64,000 bases of DNA, taken from positions 164,486,001 to 164,550,000 of the forward strand of contig OX597816.1 in NCBI GenBank assembly GCA_951406725.2. Direction: 5' to 3'. Positions 1-14,237 of the stretch are shown piece by piece. Numbering within the stretch: the stretch's first letter is position 1; each line of letters starts with the position of its first letter. This DNA is from Octopus vulgaris (taxonomy: Eukaryota). Position numbers and translations under genes: made by a program. The notes beneath the pieces were generated by a model that was not told where the DNA came from, made no database searches, and was given only the letters and a program-made list of their open reading frames with translations.

Positions 1-318
1 TATATATGTAACGAACTGGAGGCGGTAGATGCTTATACAACTAGAAAACTGCTATAAATATTCACTATTGGACGACAGAAATATCGAATTCAGAATCAAG
101 AGGAAATGATAAAAATATCCACAAAGCATGACTACAGTAAAAAACTTTTTTCTGTCTTCAAGGAAACAGAAAAATTCAAGGAAGAATATGAAGACAAAGA
201 AGAGACAACTGTAAAGCAGCTAAAATTTATGCAAAAACTTGAACTACGAAATACAATGATAAAATGATGGCAAGGAAAGTTCTTACATGGCAAACGCCGG
301 GAAAAGATAAACAGAAAA

Positions 319-730
319 GGCGCAGGAGTGGCTGTGTGGTAAGTAACTTGCTTACCAACCACATGGTTCCGGGTTCAGTCCCACTGCGTGGCACATTGGG
401 CAAGTGTCTTCTACTATAGCTTCGGGCCGACCAAAGCCTTGTGAGTGGATTTGGTAGACGGAAACTGAAAGAAACCCGTCGTATATATATATAAATATGT
501 ATGTGTGTGTGTGTGTGTGTGTGTCTGTGTTTGCCCCCTCCTAACATCGCTTGACAACCGATGCTGGTGTGTTTACATCTCCGTAACTTAGCGGTTCGGC
601 AAAAGAGACCGATAGAATAAGTACTAGGCTTACAAAGAATAAGTCCTGGGGGTCGATTTGCTCGACTAGAGGCGGTGCTCCAGCATGGCCGCAGTCAAAT
701 GACTGAAACAAATAAAAAAATAAAAGAATA
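319..730 (+). mobile_element. tRNA-headed SINE family A, full copy with internal (TA)n/(TG)n tract
   Basis: A-box-like GTGGCTGTGTGGTAAG, B-box GGGTTCAGTCCC, left arm, microsatellite, right arm ending GACTGAAACA(A-rich); about 17 related copies in the window. Confidence 0.85.
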
Positions 731-734
731 AGAT

Positions 735-1310
735 AAAGTTAAATCACAACAATGGTTGAGAAACGTAGGAGTCAAAGCAGAGACTGAAGGGACACAAGTT
801 CAAAGCCAGCAGAAACCACACACACAAAAAAAAAGCCCCAGTGAAATAGAATACAATAACGAACTTCAGAATATGTCGTGGTGGTGGTGGTGGTGGTGGT
901 GGTGGTGGGGAAGAAACAACACATCATATTGTCACTTATTACTTAGTGTTTGTCAAGAAGGAATGTATCCCCCTTACACGACAGAGTTGGTACCTATATA
1001 CACTGGAATCTATGCTAACGCAATGGAGTGACAACAGGGAAAAGATGGTATAAGCATGTCCCAGAAAGGGTCTCAGGAAATGACAAAGCAACCATATTCT
1101 GGGATATACCAATGCAAACAGATAGAGAAATTAAGGCTAATAGACTGAATATAGTCGTCAAAGATCAAGAAATAAAAAAAAAGCTTCAAATCAATGAATC
1201 AGTTCCAACAGAAGGCAATGTATATCTAAAAGAAATGGAGAAAGTATCGAAATGAAAGATATAGAAACAGAAATAACCTGAGTGTGGGTCCTGGAAACAG
1301 AAACAATCCC
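735..1310 (+). pseudogene. Degenerate R4/Dong-clade non-LTR retrotransposon, RLE endonuclease region
   Basis: ORF 1028-1255 WYKHVPE..IFWDIPMQTDREIKANRLNIVV..SVPTEGNVYLKEMEKVSK matches the WDxxxxTDxxxxxNRPD..KExEKxxKY pattern; contains stops. Confidence 0.75.
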
Positions 1311-1328
1311 ACACACTTACCACTTAAC

Positions 1329-1753
1329 CAGCGCTGGATTAACCATTAAGCAAAATAAGCATGTGCTTACAGCATCAAGGGAAGGAGGGGGCACCACAGA
1401 AATGGTAAATGGTTTACGGCACAAAAGTAATCACTTTAAACTTGCTAAAAAATATTCGGGGTGCCTTTATCTCTACTAAGTATAGATGCAGATGTGTTAC
1501 CTGAGATTAATTTTGAAGATCTGGTCTAAGACTTTGCAATTCCAAAAAGTAGGAGGAAGCTTTTCAAATACAAATAAAGTGGAAGTAGACAAAAATAAAC
1601 ATTATTTTCCCTCTTACTGTTTTGTTTCGTTTTGAAAAATAAAAATTTATTTTATGGTTTCTTATTGTTTGTATTTTGAATTACATAATCTTTTATGGGG
1701 GTGCCAAAATCTTTTAAGTGCTTAGGGCTTCAATGGGTCTTAATCCGGCCCGG
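1329..1753 (+). mobile_element. Non-autonomous hAT-type element
   Basis: Imperfect TIRs CAGCGCTGGATTAA / TTAATCCGGCCCGG; 8-bp TSD-like CACTTAAC/CACTTTTC; hAT C-terminal remnant INFEDLV*DFAIPKSRRK; partial copies near 22120-22232 and 54160-54277 (minus). Confidence 0.7.
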
Positions 1754-2091
1754 CACTTTTCCTTTTATAATTCTAACCATTGCAAAAGGGATCACATTAA
1801 ATGTAGTGAACATTACAGTATTTAAATTGAATATCAGAGGCAAAACCTGGACACATCGTTAGTATTGTGTCGTGGGGATGTTTCGGATCTAACAATATAG
1901 ACCGTTAGCCAGGCAAGTTGATTTAGATTGACCAAGCTTAGGCCTGGGTCTAAGCAGCACTCTACTACCCAACTTCGTTCTCCTTTTTTCATTCAAAGTC
2001 TTCGAGACGCTTTCTCAGCGGTCTCTACTTATTTTTTCCATAGGCTGTGTTGGTAAGAAGCTTGCTTCATAACCACATAGTTCCAGATTTA

Positions 2092-2746
<655 letters not shown>

Positions 2747-3309
2747 GAGTAAGAGAGTAGTGCATGCCATCAAAGTGACACTGGAGTACAAATATACGAA
2801 ACCCAGTATACCCATCATGACTACCCGTCTGATAAGGGTACACCAGGCACAAGCATCACAACCATATGTGTGCGACATAATGATCCCATATCACGATAAA
2901 CGGCGCATGACCTTGCAGGTGGGGCCCAGTTAGAATTTTATTCAGGTTGAGTAGCTGAGTAGCCCATCCTGCTCAAATGGTTCTTGAATAAGGGTTGTTT
3001 AAGAATGTTGAATGGAACACCTGTTTCCAGAGATGAATTATCCAAACCTCAATGAATTCCTTTCAATACATGGCTATGATGCTCCCCAACTACTTCTGCT
3101 CGTGATCAAAGATGCACACATCATCAGTCACGAAGGGACATGCTCAACTGGTTAAGGTCAAATAACTGACAAGCAAATCTGTGGTATTGAGCAGAATATT
3201 TGCTGTCGCCCATCTTTTATACCAAGACAAAACAATGTACATGATAACACTTCCAATCAGTTAAGATCGAAAACCATGAGAACCACTGCCTGATACTGCA
3301 TCAGGGCAT
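2747..3309 (-). mobile_element. About 560-bp non-coding repeat embedded in (TAA)n
   Basis: Flanked on both sides by (TTA)n; second, truncated copy at 38931-39197 shares the same (TTA)n-abutting end. Confidence 0.7.
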
Positions 3310-4884
3310 TTATTATTATTAATATTATTATTATTATTATTATTTTATTTTATGCAAGCTGGCAGAGTTATTTCTGCGTCAGAAAAATCTGTCTTAACGT
3401 TTTGAGCAACGTGAAATGAACTACCTTGTTGAAGGACACACAACAGGAATTGAACCCACGACTTCATGATCGAGAGCCGAACACTCTAACCACTAGGCCA
3501 CACACTTTCACAAAATAAATCTAAGTTACACACCAAGCGAAAGGGGGAGAAGGTGCAGAGTGGAAGCTTTAGGTGGATTAAATAATGTGTTGGAGGTCAC
3601 TGGATATGATATTTTGTCCACAGTTTCGTATTTCACGCCGTGATATTGCATTTTATTTTTTCTTACTTGCAGACATGTTTTCTTAAGCCTTGATACTTGC
3701 TTGTTCTTGCTCTGCTATGTCCATATTTGGTTAAATGTTTGGAAAAGAAAGCGAGAAGAGAATGGACGAAAGAGCGAATGAAATAGTTTGCTTCGAATTC
3801 TTTTATCACTAAGCAAAAAGAAAAAAAAAAAATTTGGGATAAACAAGAAATGTATTGATCTCGTTTATAGACAATCACACGGATTCGTAGGGGATAGAGC
3901 AGGGAAGATTGGGGACGGATTTGTGAGGTTCGTGTTTTTCTCAAAAGAGTCATCGACTTAAAAAGAAACGAACTGCTTTCGACTGAAATTCGAAACCGCA
4001 TTGTAACATTTTATTCTTCCTCTACAATTGCCATGGCTGTTAAAAATATTAGTTTTGATTAAAAACCGCATAAGAAACCCCTCCCCCCAAAAAAACAATA
4101 AGAAATTACGTCTTATAGTGATGTTCATGCCTCTTCGAGTGCTTTTGTGATCTGAAGAAGTAGAATATTGTCATACGGTGCTTAAAACCATTTCTTGAAT
4201 TTGGTTAAAATGTTATTCTGTTTGAATTCTCTAAACTTTTGCAATTCAACTACTTTTTTGTTTAATACCAGGCCAGACCTGAGTAAGTATACATTTTGTT
4301 GTGCTTTAGAGATGGTGTGCGTGCGTACGTGTGCGTGTGTGTGTGTGTGCGTGTGCGTTGTGTGTATCTGTATTTACACGTATGTATGTATATGCTTATG
4401 TGTATATACGTATATTTGTGTGTATGTAAAAGAACAAAAGAGAATGGAAATAAGGAAGTTAATAATTGTTTATTACTAACAAATTGGTCATCTTCGCTTC
4501 TTACGGCCGTTTCAATTAATACTCAATAATTTAATTACAAATTTGTACATTAAATTTACATTTATGCGACATGAGTATAATTTCATCAGAGAAAAATAAA
4601 AAGCTGTACCTTTGGATGTTATATGTGGACCTATCAATTCATTTCAGCAGACTAAATGTTATGGTTTATGATTTTTATTATTATATCTCAAGTGAAGGGT
4701 TTACAGGTTGATTGGAATATGATTAGGGATAAAGTAAAATAAATAAATAGAACTAAAACAGTCAATAAAGTTGATAGAGATGATTGAGGGAAGGTGAATA
4801 TATAAATAAGGTAAATTTATTGCTAATAAAAGAATAAAATATTCGTTTATTTGGTATAAATGAAATTATAAAATTTTGTATATA

Positions 4885-5048
4885 GGCGCAGGTGTGGCTG
4901 AGTGGTAAGTAGCTTGCTTCCTAACCACATGGTTCTGGGTTCAGCCCAACTTCGTGACACCTTGGGCAAGTGTCTTCTACTACAGCCTCGAGCAGACCAA
5001 AGCCTTGTGAGTGGATTTGGCAGACGGAAACTGAAAGAAGCCCGTCGT
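4885..5048 (+). mobile_element. SINE A, left arm only
   Basis: Matches 319-480. Confidence 0.8.
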
Positions 5049-5107
<59 letters not shown>

Positions 5108-5110
5108 GAT

Positions 5111-5141
<31 letters not shown>

Positions 5142-5288
5142 CCAAAGTGTACGTACGGCGCTTATATATATATATATATATATATATATAATGCAAAATA
5201 CAAAAATACAAAAGAGGACAAGAACTCAAAACATCCGGACAGCTAGGTGATACAAAAATGGGACAAAAATGTGTGTGTGTATCTTTGT

Positions 5289-6244
5289 GTGGATGAGGCA
5301 GTATTTCCCAACCAATTTCTTCCAAGCGAGTTTTGGTCAGTCGAGCTGCGTGAGGACGAGTATTATCGTGATGGAAGATGACACCCTTTCTGTTAACCAA
5401 GGATTCTCGCTTTTGGCTCAGAACTGTTTTCAAACGACGAAATTGCACAGAATAAAGGTTAGCATTAATTGTTTGGTTGTTGTCCAACAGTTCATAATGG
5501 ATTACTCCTTTAATATATCCCACCATACACTCAACATGATCTTGTCTGGGTGAAGTCCTGCTCTCGGTTGTTAAATTGGCCATCTTCCTCGACTGATCCA
5601 AGAACGGCGGCGTTTAACATTATGGTAAAGAATCCACTTCTCATCACCTGTAACAAACCTGTCTAAAAATGTTGCTTGAAAGTGCCGTGAAAGCAATGAT
5701 TGATAACAAGCATCACGCTGTTGTCGTTTCTCTGGAGACAGCTCGTGAGGGACCCATTTTCCAGCCACTGAAACCTTTCCAATGTGTTTTAGCTGGCGTA
5801 CCACGGTTGTATGGGCCACGTTTAACTGTTCTGCAAGTTCCCTAGTGGTAACGGTAGGGTTCACTGAAACAAGAGTTTCCAACATTTCGGAATCAAGTTT
5901 TTTTTGGACGACCCTCTTTTGGCTCTTCTTTCAAAGTGAAATCACCACATCGGAAAAGGGAAAACCACCTCCTGCAACTTCTTTCATTCACTACATCATC
6001 CCCATAAGTGCTCTGAATAGATCTTGCTGTCGCACTTGCATTAACACCTGTATGAAACTCGTAGAGTAAAACATTTCTTATTTGCTCTTTAGATGGGACA
6101 AACATGGTGGTAAAATTTTCTCAAAGAAAATAGTACAAATTAGACACAGAGATATCTTAAAACTATAAGAGGTTAGCAAATTGATAAATTCGCTCTGAAA
6201 CATTTTTTTCTAGAAATCGGACATTACTTTTGCACCAACCTTAT
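5289..6244 (-). mobile_element. mariner transposon (Hsmar1/cecropia-like), frameshifted and 3'-truncated
   Basis: TIR TAAGGTTGGTGCAAAAGTAAT at the 6244 end; ORF pieces 6105-5893, 5885-5571 and 5601-~5289 with WVPHEL, FLDRFVTGDEKW, HHDNTRPH, EILPHP; the YSPDL motif and second TIR are missing. Confidence 0.9.
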
Positions 6245-6255
6245 ATATATATATT

Positions 6256-6329
<74 letters not shown>

Positions 6330-6417
6330 TGTGAGTGAGTGTGTGTGTATGTATATGTTTGTATATCTATCTATCTATCTACCTACCTACCTACCTACCT
6401 ACTTATCTATCTAGCTA

Positions 6418-6486
<69 letters not shown>

Positions 6487-6802
6487 GCGTTTCGGGCCTG
6501 CTAGCCTTCGTCAGACTGTATTACATTTGGGCAAGTTGCTTCTAAGGTACTTGTAGGTATGCGAAATAGAAATTACGCTTGCTGTATGTAGGTCTTGAAA
6601 GGGACGGGAAGAGGGTAGGGGGAAAGTGTGCTTATAGGTAGTGGCTTAACAGGAAGTTAACGCTGGAAGAGTTACTTTGGTTTGAAGTAGAAATAACTCT
6701 GTACACATGTATGTCCTGTTTAGGTGTATTAGATGCAGGTCATGAGATGGTCTAAAGTTGGATTTTGTTGTGTTCCAGGGTTCACAAAAGAATTTTTGTA
6801 GA

Positions 6803-7245
6803 TGGCGTAGCTGTGTGGTAAAAGGTTTGCCTTGCAACCACATGGTTCTGGGCTCAGTCCCACTGCGTGGCACCTTGATCGAGTGTCATCAACTATAGCC
6901 TCAGGCCGACCAAAGCCTTGTGAGTGGTTTTGGTAGATGAAAACTACGCACATACGCGTACACATATACGCTGGAACATGCGCACGCGTGCAAGCTCACA
7001 CAACTACACATATGCACATACACACACACACACGCACGCATGCACGTACACACACACAGATGTGTGCGACTGTTCCCCACAATCGCTTAGTAACCGGACT
7101 TGGTTAGATTATGTCCATGTGACATAGCAGTTCGGCAAAAGACACTGGTACTGAAAGTACCAGACTCAGAAGAATATAAGAAGTGTGGTCAGTTTGGTAG
7201 TGCCCCAGCATGGCCGCAGTCCAGTGACAGAAACAATTAACAGAC
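6803..7245 (+). mobile_element. SINE A, diverged copy
   Basis: Head, internal CA tract and right arm recognisable. Confidence 0.7.
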
Positions 7246-7274
7246 ACCAAAACTAAAGAATTTGATGAAAATAC

Positions 7275-7850
7275 GTGCATGTGTATGTGTGTGTGCGCGT
7301 GTGTTAGCTTGTGTGTGTGTGTTTTTTGTGTGTGTGTATAGGTCTGTGCACGTGTGTGTGTGCGTGCATGTGTGTGTAGGTGTGTGTATGTGTTAGCTTG
7401 TGTGTGTGTGTTGTGCGTGTGTGTGTGTTGTGCGTGTGTGTGTGTTGTGCGTGTGTGCGTGCGTGTCTGTGCGTGTGTGTATGTGTAGGTGTGTGTGTGC
7501 GTGTGTGTGTGTGTAGGTGTATGTGTTGTGTGTGAGCGTGTGTGTGCGTAGGTGTGTACGTGTGTGTGCGTGTTTGTGTAGGTGTGTGTTTGTGTGTTAG
7601 CTTGTGTGTGTGTATTGTGCGCGTGTGTGCGTGTGTGTGTAGGTGTGCACGTGTGTGTGTGTGCGCGCGTATGTGTGTATCAGCTTGTGTGTGTGTTGTG
7701 CGCGCGCTTGTGTAGATGTATGTGTTGAATGTGTGTGTGTTAGTGTGTGCGCATGTGTGTGTGCAGGTGTATGTGCTGTATGTGTGTGTGTAGGTGTATG
7801 TGTGTGCATGTGTGTGTTAATGTGTGTGTGTGTGTGTGTACCTATGTGTG
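7275..7850. repeat. Degenerate (TG)n array
   Basis: Directly visible. Confidence 0.9.
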
Positions 7851-8269
7851 AGTATGAAGTAAGGAAAATGGTGCGGACAATGTGTTATCGATTTAGTAAT
7901 GTTCTGTGGATAGAGAGAGAGAGAGGGAGAGGGACAGAGAATAGGAGAGAGAGAGAGAGAGGGAGGGAGGGAGAGAAGGAAAGTGACAGACGGAGAAAGA
8001 CAGAGGGAGTGGGAGGGGGGAAGAGAAAGAGTATGGATCCCACCCGCCCCTTCATTCTTCTAGAGTCGTCCAGATTGGATCCTTGTCTTCTTCTCTAAAT
8101 AACACTCTGGCCCCTAAAATAAACACGTCGTAAGGATTTACTTCCCAAACGGGTCCTTTTGTTTTTTTTCTTTTTCAATAGTTTGTTTTTTTGCTTTATT
8201 TTATTTTAATTTTTAGTTGTTACTTTTAATTTCCTGTTATCAAAATGAAGGCCGAGGGTGATACTGTGG

Positions 8270-8420
8270 AGATGGTGGTAGTGGTGGTGGTGGTAATAGC
8301 AATATAGTAGTAGTAGTAGTAGTAGTAGTAGTAGCAACAGCAACAATAGTAGTAGCACCAGCAGAAGTTGTAGTAGTAGTAGTAGTAGTAGTAGTAGCAA
8401 CAAGTTGTAGTAGCACCAGC

Positions 8421-8455
<35 letters not shown>

Positions 8456-8570
8456 CGGTAGTAGCACCAGTAGTAGTAGTAGCAGTAGTAGTAGTAGTAG
8501 TAGTAGTAGTTGTAGCAGCAGCAACAGCAGTAGTTGTAGTAGCAGCAGCAGCAGTAGCAGTAGTAGTAGC

Positions 8571-8605
<35 letters not shown>

Positions 8606-8645
8606 CAGCGGCAGTAGTAGTAGTAGTAGCAGTAGTAGTAGTAGT

Positions 8646-8677
<32 letters not shown>

Positions 8678-8705
8678 TAACAGCAATAGTAGTAGTAGTA
8701 GTAGT
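8270..8705. repeat. (TAG)n/(CAG)n microsatellite
   Basis: Directly visible. Confidence 0.9.
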
Positions 8706-9209
8706 TGACGATCTTAAGTGTTGATGATTTTCTGTTTCTTTAATTGTTCTTTTACAGTTTTTTTACTTTTCTCCTCCTTCTCCACCTCCTCCTCCACTTT
8801 CTCCTCCTCCTCCTCCTCCTCCTCCTCCCCGTCCCTCCAATGCTATCCTGGTTGTTTCCGTTAATCATTTACAGGACACATCTTATGGCCAGAAATGTGT
8901 ACAGTGTGACGTTGCGGGGGTGATAGTAAGTGGAAGATGCGATGTGGAGGGAGGAAGGGGAAGAGGTGGAGGAAAATAGTTTGTTATGATTGTGTCACAG
9001 TTATGATGCGCCCCCTATAGAATAAATAGTCTTAGATTTCTCACCATAGCACAGGGGCCAATCCCGGTCAAATTGGGATCTTGTTTCGATGAGGTACAAA
9101 GGACCAGTGTTTTAGAGATAGATAAATGGAAAGAGAGAAAGGAGAAAGAGAGAGGGGAGAGAGAGAGAGAGAAACTGAGTGAGAGACAGAAAAGGACACA
9201 CACACACAC

Positions 9210-9290
<81 letters not shown>

Positions 9291-9759
9291 GAGAGAGAGG
9301 GGGAGAACAGAGAGATAGAAAAAATAAAGATAGATAGATAAGGAGATTGATGGATAGGCAGCATGTTTATGAGAGAGAGTGAGAGAGAGAGGTAAGAGAG
9401 TGAGAATGCCTGTGTGAGAGTGAATGATTGACAGTACGTGTGAGGAGCAGAGGGATTGTGTGTGCGTGAGAGAGAGTGAGAGAGAGAAAGGGAAGAAGAG
9501 AAAAAGAAAGATTGTGAGCAAGAGAAAGAGACAGTAAGATTGTATGTGAGGACGAAAGAGAGAGAAGCAGACAGACATACAAGCAGTCCGACAGACAGAA
9601 AAAGAAAGATTGCCGTCCCTCTATTTACCTAAAGCTTCAGCCGTCATATGTATAAATATCTTATATTTCTGGTGTAGGAAAAAACGGCCAACTCCATATA
9701 TATATATATGACAAAAACATATCTACTAATAGAGAAGCAAGTCTGGGAAAAGCCGAAGA

Positions 9760-9826
9760 TCGAGCGGGCTTAACTGATGAGGCAATGGAAATTGCCGAAA
9801 CTGACGTCAGTATTAAGAATTCTCGG
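9760..9826 (+). ncRNA. Type I hammerhead ribozyme, complete core
   Basis: CTTAA-CTGATGA-GGCAAT(GGAA)ATTGCC-GAAA-CTG(ACGT)CAG-TA-TTAAG, plus distal CGAG/CTCG pairing; predicted cleavage after 9812. Confidence 0.85.
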
Positions 9827-10037
9827 ACGATTACGGTCCCTATTAGTGTATATGTTTCCATTCGTGTGCGTTAACTACAGCATTAGAGTGGTTTAGCTCT
9901 TATTTCTAGCAATGTAGGTGTTTCTTAACACCCTAGTGGCATTTAGTGACAATTATAATTCTCCATTTTGGTGAAACATTGCAAACTGCTGTTTATATTA
10001 TATATATTATATATATATATATCTAGATATGTTTTTG

Positions 10038-10141
<104 letters not shown>

Positions 10142-10713
10142 ACAGAAGATGCTGCGGGATGGAACCCAGAACTATGTTTTCAGGATGTAAACCTCTCACT
10201 ACACAATCACGCCTGCGCTAACACATACTATTTTCAAACGAGACAGCCATGGCTGGAATGCCAGTAAGCATACATCTTCTTTATCGGGAACTTTTGAGGA
10301 TATTGATCAACAACAACAACAACAACAACAAGGACAAGGAGATTGTAATGTGGTTTCAATATCAGGTTGAAGCTAATTAACCACACAAACTGTAAATGGT
10401 TTTGAGGAAACCATAAGCGTCACAATACAGCCTTTCTCCACCTTCAATGTACAGGACACTAGACGTGGAAAAAAATAAATAAACGAATAAAAAAGACTAA
10501 TATTATTCTAGTCATCCCAGCCACGGCCAGCCATGAAAAATAACGAACTTTCATAGTAAAGATGAACTTAAGATTTCTTAGTCTTTGTTCAAGAAATATT
10601 CGATGAGTTCGTGACTAGGATGCGGGTGAAGAATAAATATTTTAACAACAGGAATGTAATTAGAATGACAGAATAAGGGTAAATATTTATTCTTGTGATC
10701 ACTTATTCCTTAC

Positions 10714-10856
10714 CAATCGTCGCAGTAACAAAACCAACATAAGTCACTCGTGTCGTTCGTCTTAATTGTTGAGGTTTCATGTGCAATCTTGCTTTTTTTG
10801 GTCGATACAGCAGAGACTGTAACTGGTGAGACATGAGCAGATGAAGGAACAGCCAT
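10714..10856 (-). CDS. Candidate first coding exon of an unidentified gene (MAVPSSAHVS...LCWFCYCDD)
   Basis: Unique sequence; ATG at 10856, open for 47 codons to a GTAAGG donor at 10713; no homology recognised. Confidence 0.3.
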
Positions 10857-11068
10857 ACACACACACACACACGCACGCGCGCGCGCACAAGCTACCATCA
10901 TCGTCATGTGCCGTACTCTGATATCCGGCTCGACGACCAAATACTTCCACGACGACAGAGAGCAAATGCTTGTCTTGGAGTAAAGGGTCACTGACTGACA
11001 GGGGTTTCCCACGTCCTTCTCACAACGCAGCGCAACCGATTCTAAGAGAGAGCGAAAGAGGGAGAGAG

Positions 11069-11102
<34 letters not shown>

Positions 11103-12408
11103 GCAGTCAGATAGACAGAGGGAGTGAGAGAAAGGGAAGATAGATAGACAGACAGTGAGAGGGAGAGAGAAACAGACAGACAGAGGGAGTGAGAGAGAGA
11201 CAGACAGAAGGAGTGAAAGAGAGACAGACAGGTACAGGGAGTGAGAGAGAGAGAGAGAGACAGCTAGACAGAGGGAGTGACAGAGAGAGACAGATAGACA
11301 GATAGAGGGAGTGAGAGAGAGGGAGAGATAGAGACAGACAGAAGGAGTGAGAAAGAAAGAGAGACAAACAGAAGGAGCGAATGAGAGAGACAGACAGCTG
11401 ACAGAGGGAGTGAGAGAGAAGGGAGAGACAAATAGACAGACAGACAGACAGTGGGAGTGAGAGAGAAGGAGAGAGAGACATAGACACAGAGAGACAGAGG
11501 GAGTGAGAGAGAGAGAGAGAGAGAGAGACAGGAGAGAGACCAGGACTTTCTTGTTGGTGTTTAAAACCAGTTAAATATTGATCGAGAAAAACTATGACCA
11601 AAGACGTTCCAGTTTTGACCATTCCATAATTTTTTGCATTTATGACCATATCCTCTAACATGTCCATTCTTTTTTCCGCCGGTCGATTGTTATTTAAGAG
11701 AGATTTGGAACCAGATAGAGTTAACACGCAGAGGTTCTCCTGGTGGCATGTGTGAAGGTAAATATCTACTATATTGTAGTAAAATTGGTGCAAGCTTATT
11801 TGATGAAGTAAACCATGTAGTTGAAATTATGACCTTACTGATGAGAATAATCACTATCTAAAATACTAGAGGAGAAGACTCTGAAATTTTAATTAATTCA
11901 AACTAATTAAACATGAAATGCAATGAGGAATGAGCATGATCATCTCAGATTTTGTAGATATCCACATTTAAAACTGTAGTGTTCACAAATTCCCAATGTC
12001 CTCGTCAACAAAACTCATCTAACGTTTTATCAACGCAGTTGTCGACATTAAACTGTAACTGGACCAATTCCAATGTCTCTAATTAGCTTTAATCAAATAC
12101 AACCGATATATTTCGAGAAGATTAATTATATTCTACGCTGGAAAGAGCTATTATAGAAACGCAAGATAGAAGGAAAAAACCTAAGGTGTGTTTGTTTGCC
12201 ATGAGCAGAGGAAACATTTTACATTTCAGGAAGAGAAATCTTTATTAAAGCAAAATAATATACGACATTTTTATTTCCTTCCTGTTGCTAACCCTAATTA
12301 GCTTACCATGCCAATAAGATAGATCGACAAATTTACTCTTCTTTGTGAATTTATGTGTTAATTTATTTCTTCAATTTAAACGTCCCTGTAAAGCTAGTAA
12401 ATCATGAT

Positions 12409-12469
<61 letters not shown>

Positions 12470-12503
12470 TACATATATACATACATACATACGTACATAC
12501 ATA

Positions 12504-12722
12504 TACGAGAGATGGCTGAATTATTCTTGGTTTGGGGTGAAAGAAAATACAGGAGGATCAGTTAATTGTGATTTTATTCAGCATATCGTCACTCAGATTC
12601 AAACATTTATAGCAGCAGTCCTTCAGTTTTTCTAAGCCCTGTAAAAGAACTCCGTAGGTTGGGCCCCCAGCCAGACCTTTCGCGATACCCTTAAAGCCAG
12701 GAACCTTTTAGCACCCTCTCAT
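12504..12722. mobile_element. mariner-type MITE (degenerate TACGAG.. TIRs)
   Basis: TACGAGAGATGGCTGAATTATTCTTGG versus CCAGGAACCTTTTAGCACCCTCTCAT; TA context. Confidence 0.55.
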
Positions 12723-12750
12723 GCACACATATATATGCATGCATGCATAC

Positions 12751-12975
12751 ATTGGGGCCATGGGATATGTAACACACTGCCTAAATACCAATCTTGAGAA
12801 ATTAGGCTTCTCAAAACTAGAAAGGAGAAAGCTAATTCGAAGACTACAGATCCAATCCATCACTGGAACTGTAAAAATCTGTAAAACTTCTCAGAAGTTT
12901 ATCATTTAAGTATATATGAGCAGGTGTAGATATGCAACTATATGCATGAGAATACATACATAAAACATACAAATC
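12751..12975 (+). pseudogene. R4/Dong-like retrotransposon 3' end
   Basis: IGAMGYV..LIRRLQIQSITGTVKICKT C-terminal motif; lies within (TACA)n. Confidence 0.7.
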
Positions 12976-13274
12976 TGCACATACATACACACACACACAC
13001 ACATACATACATACATACATACATACATACATACATACATACATACATACATACATACATACATACATACATACATACATACATACATACATACATACAT
13101 ACATACATACATACATACGTACATACATACATACATACATACATACATACATACATACATACATACATACATACATACCTTATGTTGGACCGCTGAAAAC
13201 TTCACATTTTACACGCTAAATACAAGCCCTGGGTACAGTCTCTAGTCATACTGGCATTTTATAGATGTAGTCTT

Positions 13275-13650
13275 AAGTAATTCTTGTATTCTCAGCTTAT
13301 AGTCATTCCTATATTCTACAGGCAAAGATTTTAGTAATTTCTCTATTCTTTGAACACAGTTTATAGCCATTCTTGTATTCTCAAGACTCAGCTTATAGTC
13401 ATTCCTAATTTCTACAGGCACAGATTTTAGTCATTCTTCTATTCTTTGAACACAGTTTATAGCCATTCTTGTATTCTCAAGACTCAGCTTATAGTCATTC
13501 CTATATTCTACAGGCACAGGTTTTAGTCATTCTTCTATTCTTTGAACACAGTTTATAGTCATTCTTGTATTCTCAAGGCTCACCTTATAGTCATTCTTAT
13601 AGTCTACAGGCACAGTTTTTTTAGTTTTTCCTGTATTCTTTGGACAAAAT
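13275..13650. repeat. Minisatellite with a 96-bp higher-order unit of three 32-bp monomers
   Basis: TCTTGTATTCTCAAG recurs at 13371, 13467 and 13563. Confidence 0.85.
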
Positions 13651-13816
13651 TGACAATAACCTCTGCGTTGTCCTGAGTCTTCCGAGGAATTCCTTACACC
13701 CAATTTTTAACCCCGTTTTCACTTGAAGCGGATTAGGGGCTGCATTTCCTCTTCGGAGAGGATATCAATCTATCACAAGAAACATTACGGAACGATCTGC
13801 TCCTGATTCCTCACAT

Positions 13817-14015
13817 ACTCTTTTACTTGTTTCAGTCATTTGACTGCGACCATGCTGGAGCACCGCCTTTAGTCGAGCAAATCGACCCCCGGGACTTATT
13901 CTTTGTAAGCCTAGTACTTATTCTATCGGTCTCTTCTGCCGAACCGCTAAGTGACGGGGACGTAAACACACCAGCATCGGTTGTCAAGCAATGCTAGGGG
14001 GACAAACACAGAAAA

Positions 14016-14075
<60 letters not shown>

Positions 14076-14237
14076 GACAGGCTTCTTTCAGTTTCCGTCT
14101 ATCAAATCCACTCACAAGGCATTGGTCGGCCCGGGGCTATAGCAGAAGACACTTGCCCAAGATGCCACGCAGTGGGACTGAACCCGGAACCATGTGGTTG
14201 GTTAGCAAGCTACTTACCACACAGCCACTCCTGCGCC
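13817..14237 (-). mobile_element. SINE A, full copy
   Basis: Reverse complement of 319-730. Confidence 0.85.

Noticed and set aside
227-547. Recurrent peptide [23 protein letters not shown]
   Set aside because: Antisense translation of SINE A, not a gene family
3240-3309. HDV-like ribozyme at the start of the TAA element
   Set aside because: Could not fit the nested double-pseudoknot order by eye
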